Shown piece after piece: positions 46,321-55,232 of a stretch of DNA of 64,000 nt. Both the position numbers and the translations under genes were made by a program. How positions within the stretch are numbered: position 1 is the stretch's first letter; each line of letters opens with the position of its first letter. The notes under the pieces were generated by a model. It saw only the letters and a list, made by a program, of their open reading frames with translations, was not told where the DNA came from and ran no database searches. The DNA is from Bdellovibrionales bacterium (GTDB taxonomy: Bacteria; Bdellovibrionota; Bdellovibrionia; Bdellovibrionales; UBA1609), in the NCBI GenBank assembly GCA_020630675.1, contig JAHDIR010000010.1, positions 4,790 through 68,789 of the forward strand. The letters are read 5' to 3'.

Positions 46321-47378
46321 TGGCTAATATGGCACAAGCGATCCGTATGGCTCTTCATTACGGAGAAAAACACCTAGATGTAAAAGATGTTTTTGGTCAA
46401 GATGTTGGCCCACCTATGGGAGGTGTTTTTACCGCCACTCAAGGCTTAGACACTGCTTGGAACACTCCCTTGGATGAAAGAGGAATTGTTGGAGCCGCCA
46501 TGGGAATTGCCATGACGGGTGATATCTGTGTCGCTGAAATTCAATTTTGTGATTATATTTTTAATACCATTGATTTACTCAAAATTGCTGGCAACACCAA
46601 CTGGGTGACCAATGGCAATGCCACTTTACCTATGGTTTTAATGACTCCCGTTGGAGCTGGAATTCGAGGTTCTGTATATCATAGCCATAGTTTTGATGCT
46701 TGGGCTTCAAGGCTTCCTGGTTGGAAAGTTGTTATGCCTTCTAACCCCTTGGATGCTTATGGCTTATTAATTGCTGCCATCAAAGACCCTAACCCTGTTA
46801 TGTTTTTGAAACCAAAAGCTTTGTTGCGTGTTCGCGGGCAAGAGCTCTTGCCCGGAGAGCCTGAAAATGAAAAAGAACTAAAGGCGATGATTGACGCTCC
46901 CGTTGGTGACCGTTCTCAATGGAAAGCTAAGTGGCCTGAACTAAAAGATCATAATGTTCCCATTGGTAAAGCTAAAATTACTCGTTCTGGTTCGGCAGCG
47001 ACCATAGTCACTTATGGACGTCATGTTTTAATGTGTAATGATGTTGCTGATGACTTAAAAAAGAATCAAGGTATTGATTTAGAGGTGATTGATTTAAGGT
47101 CGATATATCCTTATGATTGGTCTTGCATTAAGCAGTCTGTGAGTAAAACAGGGCGTGTTCTTTTTGTAAATGAAGACACAGAGGTGACCAACTTTGCTGA
47201 GCACCTTTCTTACCGTGTTACTCATGAGTTATTTTATGAATTAATGGCTAGACCAAGAGTGCTTGCTGGAAAGAATCTTCCGGGCATTGGTTTGCACGCC
47301 AACCTAGAAGAGGCTTCTGTACCGCAAGTTTCTGATATAAAAAGTGAAGTGTTAAACTTATTAAAAGAAGTACCCTAA
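46320..47378 (+). CDS. 2-oxoacid dehydrogenase E1 component, beta subunit (transketolase-like)
   Basis: 'VFGQDVG..GGVF..T.GL', 'PLDERGIVGAAMGIAMTG' and 'EIQFCDYIFNTIDLL' are typical of E1-beta. The ATG overlaps the alpha-subunit stop (TAATG). Confidence 0.85.
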   Translation: MANMAQAIRMALHYGEKHLDVKDVFGQDVGPPMGGVFTATQGLDTAWNTPLDERGIVGAAMGIAMTGDICVAEIQFCDYIFNTIDLLKIAGNTNWVTNGNATLPMVLMTPVGAGIRGSVYHSHSFDAWASRLPGWKVVMPSNPLDAYGLLIAAIKDPNPVMFLKPKALLRVRGQELLPGEPENEKELKAMIDAPVGDRSQWKAKWPELKDHNVPIGKAKITRSGSAATIVTYGRHVLMCNDVADDLKKNQGIDLEVIDLRSIYPYDWSCIKQSVSKTGRVLFVNEDTEVTNFAEHLSYRVTHELFYELMARPRVLAGKNLPGIGLHANLEEASVPQVSDIKSEVLNLLKEVP

Positions 47379-47395
47379 AACCAAAGGATAAAATT

Positions 47396-48196
47396 ATGGC
47401 CTTAGAATCTCAGCCGAAAAGTGATTTTGATAAATATTATTTTTACCAGGAGTCTGTACAGTCTCCTGATAACGATGTTCTTTTTCTAAGAAAAGCTTAT
47501 AAAGAATTTAATGGCAAAGACCCTGTAACTCTCAGAGAAGATTTTTGTGGAACCTTTGCCATTTGTTGTGAATGGGCTAAGTTAGATAAAAAATTCAAAG
47601 CGATTGGTGTTGATTTAGACAGCGAACCAATCACTTATGGTAAAGAAAACTACCTCACTCAATTATCTGAAGAAGAGCAGTCACGAGTTACTGTCATCAA
47701 AGAAAATGTTTTGAGCCCCGAAGTGCCGAGTGCAGATATTGTTGTGGCAGTTAATTTTTCTTATTATATTTTCAAAAAGCGCCAAACCATTGTCGACTAT
47801 TTTAAAAACTGTAAAAAATCTTTAAATCAAGATGGGGTTTTAGTTTTAGATTGTTTTGGTGGCTCCCAATGTATGGAAGCAAATGAAGAAGAAACTGAGC
47901 ATGAAGGTTTTAGTTACTTTTGGGATCAAGACAGTTATGACCCTGTAACTAACAATGCTCTTTTTTATATTCACTTTCAAAAAGAAGGCGAAGAAAAAAA
48001 AGAAAAAGTTTTTACTTATGATTGGCGTATGTGGAGTATTCCTGAGCTGAAAGACTGTTTGCTAGAGGCCGGCTTTGAAGATGTCAAGGTCTACTGGGAA
48101 GGAACTGATGAAGATGGTGACGGTGATGGTGAGTTTGAAGTCGTTACTGAAGGTGAAGAGTGTGAAGCTTGGGTCTCGTACCTAGTGGCTAAGTAA
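47396..48196 (+). CDS. Class I SAM-dependent methyltransferase-like protein with acidic C-terminus
   Basis: Degenerate motif I 'LREDFCGTFAI', motif II-like 'ADIVVAVNFS' and post-I 'GVLVLDCFGG'. It lies 17 nt downstream of E1-beta and is probably co-transcribed. Confidence 0.5.
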   Translation: MALESQPKSDFDKYYFYQESVQSPDNDVLFLRKAYKEFNGKDPVTLREDFCGTFAICCEWAKLDKKFKAIGVDLDSEPITYGKENYLTQLSEEEQSRVTVIKENVLSPEVPSADIVVAVNFSYYIFKKRQTIVDYFKNCKKSLNQDGVLVLDCFGGSQCMEANEEETEHEGFSYFWDQDSYDPVTNNALFYIHFQKEGEEKKEKVFTYDWRMWSIPELKDCLLEAGFEDVKVYWEGTDEDGDGDGEFEVVTEGEECEAWVSYLVAK

Positions 48197-48335
48197 TCGG
48201 TCTTAGTTTTTTTTCGTATATTTTTTCATAATAAATAAGGTTAACGGTATAGGGCATTAGATCATCTGGTGCCCTTTTTCATTTTTTTTTCTTTTAAGCG
48301 ATTATAAACTTTGAACTGTAAATAATTTAAGTTCA

Positions 48336-48398
48336 TAATTGCTAATTGCTAATTGCTAATTGCTAATTGCTAATTGCTAATTGCTAATTTCTAATTTC
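48336..48398. repeat. Heptanucleotide tandem repeat (TAATTGC)x7 + (TAATTTC)x2
   Basis: Read directly from the sequence: seven perfect TAATTGC units at 48336-48384, then two TAATTTC units. It sits in the convergent intergenic gap, 33 nt past the stop of the minus-strand gene ending at 48431. Confidence 0.95.
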
Positions 48399-48430
48399 TT
48401 TGGCGTTAAAGTATGAAAGAGTGATAAAAA

Positions 48431-49561
48431 TTAAAATAAAAAATTATAAAAAATTCGAAGCTCTCCTAGAGAGTCTCCTCCATCTTGCTCCTCGAATTCT
48501 TCTGTAGAGATAGATTGTATTAAAGAAGCCCCCCACTTACCTTTCTGAGCGGTAAGGCCAGCAGTTAATGTGGCTATGTATTCTCTTTTTTCGACAGAGT
48601 GGCTCTCATTAAAAGTATTTCCATCTAGAAAAATATCTCTAATGACGTACTCTCCTTTCAGTTGAATATAGTGAAATATTATCCACTGTGAACGAGTATT
48701 TAAATTACTAAAGCCAATACCAAAATCGTTTGGAATATTATAGCCAATTCGTAAAGCTCCACCGGCTTCAAGGCTGGTTCTTACATTTCCGGCAGAGCCT
48801 CCGTAAAACTTAATTAGCTCACCAGAAATATATTTACTAATTATAAATTTATTTCGAAACATTTCTCTGTAGTTAAGTTTCACACCGAACTCATCTGAAA
48901 GTTGGTGTTGCCAACCTAAAGGTTTGACTGAGCCAATTTTAGCATGAACTTCAGTTTGCGCCTCTTGGGCTCGAGCACTTGGCCCGACGATTCCTATATC
49001 AGCGGTTAAAACAGTGACACGATTTCCACGCTGTTTTATTTTACCAAGAGTAAAGTACAACCATCCAGCATAGGGCCTTTGATCTTCCTGTAACTCAGCT
49101 TGATCTATATCTTCCGGTGTATAAATGTCTTGAGAGAGAGTCATTATAATGTAGTCGCGAGCGTCAATATAGCCTTGCAAGTTTTGCGGAATACTTCTTT
49201 TTATAGCTCCTATACGTATACGGCTAGTCAGGTGACGGTCCGATAAGTTTACAGAAAAAGAATCATTAGAGACCACAATAATGAGCTTTAAATCATGTTC
49301 AAAAAGAGGGTCTTCAATGTCTTTTTGGGGAGTCACTGATGATAAACTCAGCTTGAGTGCATGACTTGAGGTCATTGGTGTTTCAAGGTTCTCCAGTTTT
49401 TTTTGCTCTTTTTCATCTTGGCTGAGCCCAAGCTTGAGAGATGAGGGGTGAGCAGAGTTAAAAAAAACAAAGCTCAAAGACAGTAAAATAAAGAGCTGGT
49501 AAAACATAGAGTAATACTTTTTAGTTATCAAATTAATCAGCCCTAAGGGCTTAACAAACAT
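48431..49561 (-). CDS. LpxR-like (DUF2219) outer-membrane lipid A deacylase family protein
   Basis: 'LSQDIYTPEDI...EDQRPYAGWLYF...IGIVGPSARAQEAQTEVHAKIG...PLGWQHQLSDEFGVKLNY' matches my recollection of the LpxR/DUF2219 core (YTP..., DRPYAGWLY, GxVGPxS...Q..vH..iG..p.GW..Ql..E). Signal-like N-terminus. Confidence 0.55.
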   Translation of the reverse strand: MFVKPLGLINLITKKYYSMFYQLFILLSLSFVFFNSAHPSSLKLGLSQDEKEQKKLENLETPMTSSHALKLSLSSVTPQKDIEDPLFEHDLKLIIVVSNDSFSVNLSDRHLTSRIRIGAIKRSIPQNLQGYIDARDYIIMTLSQDIYTPEDIDQAELQEDQRPYAGWLYFTLGKIKQRGNRVTVLTADIGIVGPSARAQEAQTEVHAKIGSVKPLGWQHQLSDEFGVKLNYREMFRNKFIISKYISGELIKFYGGSAGNVRTSLEAGGALRIGYNIPNDFGIGFSNLNTRSQWIIFHYIQLKGEYVIRDIFLDGNTFNESHSVEKREYIATLTAGLTAQKGKWGASLIQSISTEEFEEQDGGDSLGELRIFYNFLF

Positions 49562-49663
49562 ATGAACTTGCCTGTTCTAATTGAGTTTGCTTAAAATTAT
49601 AACAAAAAAAACAATGATTTATAAAAAATTCAAAAAAAATACTCGCTTATCAGGGAAAGAAAC

Positions 49664-51553
49664 CTAAAGCTTAGAGGGATCGTTCAATTTAAATTGTGGA
49701 AAGCTCTTTTTAATTCCAGCTTTTATTTTAATTTCTGAATCAGTATTTTTGGAAAAATAAAAAGCATTTTCTAAGTACCTATCTTTATTGGGGCTATTTG
49801 GGTTGAGTAAGGCCTTTAAAATGCTCTGTTCAGCGTATTTAGCATAGAATTTGTACTGCCACAGGTCCCCCTTGCCTTTGTGAGCCTTGGCTTTTTTATT
49901 TAGAAAAACAAAGGGGCTTTCTTTAAAGGGTTTATTTAAACGAATTTGAAAGAAAGGCCCTCTAGGGTCAAAGTATAATGTTTCAAACCCAGGGTTTTTC
50001 ATTCGATACTCTACAAAAACATCATAATTTTGGTTCAGCCATTTTTTAATACATATTGCTAGGGCAGGGTAAAATTTTTCATCGGGAATAACGCCAATAT
50101 GTCCTGTAGGACGTGTTTGATAAAATTTAATCAAAGCCTTTTTTAGGGGTTTTAAATCTAGGTCATGCATTTTTTGGTATTTTTTGAGCATGTTAAGGTC
50201 TTTAAAAAAACTATAAGGGATCGGGGTGAGTTGTGTGAGTTCTTTTTTGACATATTTTTGATAAGCCACGGGAGTAAAAGTAAAGTCATTCCAAGTGAGA
50301 AGAATAGCTTTTTTGGTTCCTAAAGATCCTTTCACTTGCTCTGTGAAAAGCTGGGGGGTTTTGTATTGACTCATAGAGGTCACTGGAAAATTTTTAAAAA
50401 CGGCGTAGACAATGTTAAAACTGAGAAGAATAGAAGAACATAAGAGAATTTTTTTTTGCAAATTTTGTGAATTCACTTCACTCATATTAACGATAAAAAT
50501 AGCTAGGCAGGATAAAGTAAAAAAATAGGCAGGAATAAAAAAAACGCTGACCATTTTTATGCCTTCGTCGTTAGTTCCCATACTAGCTAAATAAGCCATA
50601 ACAGGAAGCTGTATAAACCAACATAAATGCCAATAAGCCATTTTCTTTTTATTTTTCAGACTCTTAAAAAAATAAATAGAAAAGCTCATTAAGAATAAAA
50701 GGGGAATTATATAGCCCCATTGGTCGGCAAAAGATTGTCCAGCAATCTTCAATTGTTGCCATTGAGTGCTTAGGGACGTGCCGGGGAGTTTCCAGTAGTT
50801 AGTTCTAAAGACAATTTCTTTGAAACCTTCATAGGTATTTGCTTGCCCCCATTGTAAAGGGCTTTTTGGGTTGGCGACAAAGGGAAGGTACAGGTAGGGG
50901 GTAAGTCCAGCCAAAGTGCCAGGAACAAATTGTGAAAGGCCAGGAGCAATAAGAGTTTTCCAAGGCTTTTCGTCAATTAAGATCAGCCAAAAAAAGACAA
51001 AAGCAAAAAAGAAGATGGCAGTGCTGTGATTGCTTAAAGCTAACCCGGTTACGATACCGGTTAAAAAATAACACTTTTTTCTAAGGCATGAAAATAAGAG
51101 CATCAGTAAAGTTATATGAAGGCTATAGACTTCAATAAGAAGACTTTGCTCAACAAACTCAAAGCCGGTCGCAGCCAGTAAAGTCAGAACGATAATAAGG
51201 GAATGCCTTATGCTTTTTAGTGGGTTGGGAGATAGGTGAGTTAAAAGTAAATAAAATAGGGAAATACTTAGGGCGCTGAGTACAGCGGAAAATAGTGATC
51301 CTAAAAAAGCTGGGTTGTCAGAAAAAAGTGAACCAAAAGAGACCCAAGCGTTTAACAAAAGAGTATATAAAGGGTAGCCAGGAGGGTGGGCATAGCCCTG
51401 GTTTAAGCTGGCCGATAAAAAGTAGCCCGCATCTTCAAAGGTGATTCCCGGTGGAAGTTGTACAATGTAGTAACAAAGACTAAAAAGGAAGAGGGCTAAG
51501 CAAGTGATATAAGTGGGTTGTTTTAGGTTTTGAATGAAGGTGCTTGGGTTCAA
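49664..51553 (-). CDS. GT-C-fold membrane glycosyltransferase-like protein (DUF2723 / PMT-ArnT-like)
   Basis: About 11 TM helices plus a C-terminal soluble domain. The first loop, 'FEDAGYFLSASLNQGYAHPPGYPLYTLL', matches the DUF2723 signature (D.G.....a..lG.aHPPGYPL). TTG start as in the track; the exact start is uncertain. Confidence 0.6.
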   Translation of the reverse strand: MNPSTFIQNLKQPTYITCLALFLFSLCYYIVQLPPGITFEDAGYFLSASLNQGYAHPPGYPLYTLLLNAWVSFGSLFSDNPAFLGSLFSAVLSALSISLFYLLLTHLSPNPLKSIRHSLIIVLTLLAATGFEFVEQSLLIEVYSLHITLLMLLFSCLRKKCYFLTGIVTGLALSNHSTAIFFFAFVFFWLILIDEKPWKTLIAPGLSQFVPGTLAGLTPYLYLPFVANPKSPLQWGQANTYEGFKEIVFRTNYWKLPGTSLSTQWQQLKIAGQSFADQWGYIIPLLFLMSFSIYFFKSLKNKKKMAYWHLCWFIQLPVMAYLASMGTNDEGIKMVSVFFIPAYFFTLSCLAIFIVNMSEVNSQNLQKKILLCSSILLSFNIVYAVFKNFPVTSMSQYKTPQLFTEQVKGSLGTKKAILLTWNDFTFTPVAYQKYVKKELTQLTPIPYSFFKDLNMLKKYQKMHDLDLKPLKKALIKFYQTRPTGHIGVIPDEKFYPALAICIKKWLNQNYDVFVEYRMKNPGFETLYFDPRGPFFQIRLNKPFKESPFVFLNKKAKAHKGKGDLWQYKFYAKYAEQSILKALLNPNSPNKDRYLENAFYFSKNTDSEIKIKAGIKKSFPQFKLNDPSKL

Positions 51554-51747
51554 ATTATCCTCGGTGGTTGTCTTTAAGCCATTTTCAGGGGCTTTGTTAA
51601 GCTATAAGGATAAAAATACCTCTTGCTAAAACAATAAATTACCCTGGAAAAGTCATCTCTATATATGCTATAGTTATTTTTTTAAGAGGGCAATATTAAG
51701 GCTTATGTTTTGCTTTAATAAAATTTTTAAGATTAAAGGACTTTAGT

Positions 51748-53040
51748 TTGAGTATTCCTGTTATTGTAAAACAAGCCTATCTTAAGGCGGCACTTTTATT
51801 TCCTGTCATTTCTCTTCTTTTTATATCTGCCTCTTGGGCTGAGAGCTCTGAAGTTGTAAATTATAAAATGAAAAGAGGCGATACTTTGGCTTCGATCTTA
51901 TATTCGGTAGGCATTGATAAAAGTTCTGCTTTAGCTCAAAAAATATATAAAGCAACAGACCAAAAAATGAGCAAATATTTAATTTACGACCGTTATGTAT
52001 CTCTTGAAATTGAAGGTCCCTATTTAAAAAGTCTTGAGTTTAAATTAAGTCCCATCAAATCTTTAGTCGTCAATGTTTCAAAAGCTTCAATGGGTAATGA
52101 CTTTGTTATTTCTCATCAGGAAGTTGAAAAAGAAACTCATAAAAAAATTGTTTATTATAGTGGTGTAATTACAAAAAAAAATAACTCATTGTATAAAGCT
52201 AGTAAGTCGAGCTCCAAAAAATACCTAACCAACGATGTTATCGATAATATGGCTGAAATTTTAGGTTGGAAAATTGACTTTAATACAGAAGTTAGAGTTG
52301 GAGATGAATTTAAAGTTATATATGAAGAAGTTTATTACAAAAGTAAAAAACTTTATGGGGGAGATATATTAGCCCTCGAATATTTACATAACCAGTCAGA
52401 TCCTAGAAACGCTCGCCCCCTCTATGCCTTTCGCTATAAGTATAACAACAAAGTGGCTTATTTTGATCAAGATGGAAAGAGCGTTCAAAAGGCTTACCTA
52501 AGGTACCCTGTCACTTTCTCGCGTATTTCTTCTCGTTTTAAATCTCGCTATCATCCTATTCTCAAAAAGTGGAAAGCTCACCGAGGTGTCGATTTTGCTG
52601 CTCCTCGAGGAACTCCGATATTTAGTGCCGGAGATGGTCGAGTGACAGAAGTAAAATTTGCCAAGGGATATGGTCGCATGATCACCATACAACATCGCAA
52701 TAATGTTAAGTCTCGATATGCCCATTTAAATACTTTTGCTAAAGGTATACGACCAGGAAAGTATGTGACAAAAAAAGAAGTGATTGGCTATGTTGGTAGC
52801 TCAGGTTATGCCACCGGCCCTCATTTGCATTACGAGTGGATAAAAAATGGCAAAAAAGTAAATCCTTTAAAAGTTAAAATACCGAGTGTGCACCCTGTTG
52901 CTAGGCAAAACAAAAAAGAATTTCTTTGCTTGGCGAGCTATTGGAAAGAAATGTTTTCGACTTCTTTTGTTATAGAGCCAATCATTGTTTCTAGAACACC
53001 GGCAAGTTGCGAAGTGTCCACTTACGCCATGAGTTTTTAG
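51748..53040 (+). CDS. M23-family peptidoglycan metalloendopeptidase with N-terminal LysM/OapA-like segment
   Basis: 'YKMKRGDTLASILYSVGI' is LysM-like. M23 catalytic motifs 'HRGVDFAAPRGTPIFSAGDGRV' and 'GSSGYATGPHLHYEW'. TTG start 7 nt after AAAGGA. Confidence 0.85.
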   Translation: MSIPVIVKQAYLKAALLFPVISLLFISASWAESSEVVNYKMKRGDTLASILYSVGIDKSSALAQKIYKATDQKMSKYLIYDRYVSLEIEGPYLKSLEFKLSPIKSLVVNVSKASMGNDFVISHQEVEKETHKKIVYYSGVITKKNNSLYKASKSSSKKYLTNDVIDNMAEILGWKIDFNTEVRVGDEFKVIYEEVYYKSKKLYGGDILALEYLHNQSDPRNARPLYAFRYKYNNKVAYFDQDGKSVQKAYLRYPVTFSRISSRFKSRYHPILKKWKAHRGVDFAAPRGTPIFSAGDGRVTEVKFAKGYGRMITIQHRNNVKSRYAHLNTFAKGIRPGKYVTKKEVIGYVGSSGYATGPHLHYEWIKNGKKVNPLKVKIPSVHPVARQNKKEFLCLASYWKEMFSTSFVIEPIIVSRTPASCEVSTYAMSF

Positions 53041-53120
53041 TTCTTGGCTTTTAAGGCTTGGTCACTGTTTAGAACCTACACAAGACCAAAATAAAATGCT
53101 TTAATTTATACGTTCAGCAA

Positions 53121-53636
53121 TTAAAGAAATTTTCTAAAGTCTAAAAGAAACTTATAATTAAGTTCGGCTTCTTGCATTTTTTGAGGAGGTTCACTGCCTC
53201 GAAATAAAACAGAAAGTACATCCTGAACAATAGCACCTTCTTTACGTAAATCTTTGGTGCTGAGTAGAACTTGTCCACCAGTGGTCACAACGTCCTCAAT
53301 AAGACATAGCTTTTTACCTTTGATATCGACCCCTTCAGCAAATTGACAAGTGCCATACTCTTTAGCTTCTTTTCGAATGAAAGCGACAGGAATATTAGTT
53401 TTCATAGAAAGAGCAGTCGCAATGGGAATGCCTCCCATTTCTAGTCCGGCTAAAACTTGAGTGCCTTCAGGGATCATGGGGGCCATATGCTCAGCAATGG
53501 CCTTTAAAATTTGAGGTTGTGATTCAAACCTGTATTTATCAAAGTAAACTTCAGAGGTGAGCCCTGATCTTAGTTTGAAATGGCCTTTGAGTTTAGAAAT
53601 ATCATGTATTTTTTGTCCGAGTTCATCAAGAGTCAT
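53121..53636 (-). CDS. pyrE: Orotate phosphoribosyltransferase
   Basis: 'GHFKLRSGLTSEVYFDKY' and PRPP-binding loop 'KKLCLIEDVVTTGGQV'. I chose ATG 53636 ('MTLDELGQK...'), which gives a normal ~170-aa OPRTase. The 31-aa N-terminal extension in the track looks non-coding. Confidence 0.85.
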   Translation of the reverse strand: MTLDELGQKIHDISKLKGHFKLRSGLTSEVYFDKYRFESQPQILKAIAEHMAPMIPEGTQVLAGLEMGGIPIATALSMKTNIPVAFIRKEAKEYGTCQFAEGVDIKGKKLCLIEDVVTTGGQVLLSTKDLRKEGAIVQDVLSVLFRGSEPPQKMQEAELNYKFLLDFRKFL

Positions 53637-53719
53637 AAAGTTCCTACGAGCCAATTTATGGCCATTGAGGTGAGAATTTATAAAGCGAAATAAGCTGACG
53701 GCAACTAATTTCTTAGTCT

Positions 53720-53748
53720 TAATTATCAAGATAGTATTTTATGTCAAT
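53720..53748 (-). promoter_or_regulatory. Candidate sigma70-type promoter for pyrE
   Basis: On the minus strand: TTGACA-N17-TAATTA. It would start transcription downstream of the track's ATG 53729, which supports the shorter pyrE start. Pattern match only. Confidence 0.3.
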
Positions 53749-53810
53749 GACAATATATAGGGCCTTTAAAAAACAGAACTCAGGGCTTTTTGTGTTGTTA
53801 GCAGTTTTAT

Positions 53811-54152
53811 TTACACACTCACCTGACTTTTCACCCAAGACATAAACTGATGAGAGCTTTTATCTATTGCCCAGCTCATAATGCAAGGGCAATCATAAGT
53901 GTGTAATTTTTGAATTTCCTTTTCTATGGCCTCATAATGACAGGCCAAGCTTTTTAAAAGTAAAACGTGTTCCTCTGCTTTTTCAAATTTTCCTTTCCAC
54001 ATATAAAAAGAGCTCATATTGGCAATGAGATTACTGCAGGCAATGAGCTTTTTATTGAGTAAAGATTTTGAAATACTTTCGGCCAATGAAGTGGAGTCCA
54101 CCGTAGTGTAAACTATTATAACCTGCTGGTCGTCGGTGTTACTTTTGCTCAT
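53811..54152 (-). CDS. cutA: Divalent-cation tolerance protein CutA
   Basis: 113 aa with the typical CutA1 pattern 'VIIVYTTV...AE.I...L...KLIACSNL......S.Y.WKGK.E...E..LL.KS..........I..LH.YD.P.I'. Confidence 0.8.
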   Translation of the reverse strand: MSKSNTDDQQVIIVYTTVDSTSLAESISKSLLNKKLIACSNLIANMSSFYMWKGKFEKAEEHVLLLKSLACHYEAIEKEIQKLHTYDCPCIMSWAIDKSSHQFMSWVKSQVSV

Positions 54153-54493
54153 TGTTTAAGATAGGCATATTGATAATTAGACTTTACGGATTCACAGACA
54201 AAATAAGGAGGGTTAGGGCCTCCTGGAAACTTATAAAGAAACTGAGTACCATTATTATATTTAGAAACAGCAGATGTTGTTCCAAGGGCTTCGGGAATCA
54301 TTGGCTCTTCGTATTGACCGGTTGATGTCACGACAGTAGAGCCAGAAGCCTCGGGCGTGTCGTATAATAAATCCTCATCTAAAGGACAGCAACTCACATA
54401 TTCGCCATCAATAATAGCATACTGGCAAAATGGATTAGACCAAGAAACCGCTGAAAATAAAAATATCATAGAAAATAAAAAAAGACTTTTCAT
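54149..54493 (-). CDS. Small secreted Cys-containing protein, function unknown
   Basis: ATG 54493 gives the signal peptide 'MKSLFLFSMIFLFSAVSWS' and is preceded by a GGGGGGAG RBS. The longer track start (54622) would run through the dcd terminator hairpin. The gene overlaps the cutA start by 4 nt. Confidence 0.45.
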   Translation of the reverse strand: MKSLFLFSMIFLFSAVSWSNPFCQYAIIDGEYVSCCPLDEDLLYDTPEASGSTVVTSTGQYEEPMIPEALGTTSAVSKYNNGTQFLYKFPGGPNPPYFVCESVKSNYQYAYLKQ

Positions 54494-54611
54494 AATGAAC
54501 TCCCCCCTAGAAGTATGTATGTGTATATGTTTAAGCCAAGCTTGCGTTTGTGCTAATAGGGGGACTTTAGCGGCCTGTAATAAATGTGGCGAATTAAATT
54601 TACATCTAAGT

Positions 54612-54640
54612 AAAAAAACCAATGAGTCTTCATTGGTTTT
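54612..54640 (-). terminator. Rho-independent terminator after fusA-dcd
   Basis: Plus-strand reading: A7 - (A)ACCAATGA - GTCT - TCATTGGT(T) - T. On the minus strand the 9-bp hairpin is followed by T7. It lies 45 nt downstream of the dcd stop. Confidence 0.7.
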
Positions 54641-54684
54641 AAGATGATCTAAAAGAAATACTTATGGATGGTGTGTGTCTGCGT

Positions 54685-55224
54685 TTACGAGCTAGCTTCG
54701 CTGTCTTGGAAGACACGGCTACCAGTGGTTCTTTTTTGGCCTTGGTACTTTCCTCGGTAGGGGTTTAAAGCCGTTTGATCCATTTGGCAAAAAACCAACT
54801 GACATATTCTTCTTCCGGCTTGCAGTCGAATGGGAAGAGAGTTGGCGTTATAAAGCTCTAAGGTAATTTGACCTTCAAAGCCAGGGTCGACCCAGCCTGC
54901 ATTTTGAATAAAAAGACCCATTCGCCCTATAGAGCTTCGACCCTCAACAAATGAGGTGAGGTTATCAGGAAGCTTCACATATTCTTGCGTCGTCGCAAGG
55001 AGAAATGAGTGAGGAGGAATGGTGATACTTTCGCCTTCAATTTCTCGATAGAGAATCTCGTTGTTAAGGTCGATAGTTTCCATTTGTCGATCTTCAACCA
55101 CTAAAAAATGATTGCCGAGGTGACAGTCCACAGACGCCGGTTGAATAGAGTTAGGCTGAAGCGGAGAAATTATTAACTCCTCCGCGTCGACCATTTTTTG
55201 AATTGTTTTATCTGATAAAATCAT
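54685..55224 (-). CDS. dcd: dCTP deaminase
   Basis: 'MILSDKTI...I.P......IQPASVD..LG' and 'FVEGRSSIGRMGLFIQNAGWVDPGFEGQITLEL.N' are canonical Dcd motifs. Confidence 0.9.
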   Translation of the reverse strand: MILSDKTIQKMVDAEELIISPLQPNSIQPASVDCHLGNHFLVVEDRQMETIDLNNEILYREIEGESITIPPHSFLLATTQEYVKLPDNLTSFVEGRSSIGRMGLFIQNAGWVDPGFEGQITLELYNANSLPIRLQAGRRICQLVFCQMDQTALNPYRGKYQGQKRTTGSRVFQDSEASS

Positions 55225-55232
55225 AAATTCGC

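Noticed and set aside
48336-48398. Considered whether the 7-bp tandem array could be a CRISPR array or a mobile-element end
   Set aside because: The units are contiguous with no spacers, far too short for CRISPR repeats, and there are no cas or transposase genes nearby. It is a simple microsatellite.
53637-53729. 31-aa N-terminal extension of pyrE, and the equivalent 43-aa extension of the 54149-54622 ORF
   Set aside because: The extensions have no homology to OPRTase N-termini. The second would include the dcd terminator hairpin. In both cases an internal ATG gives a sensible N-terminus (for 54493, also a strong RBS).
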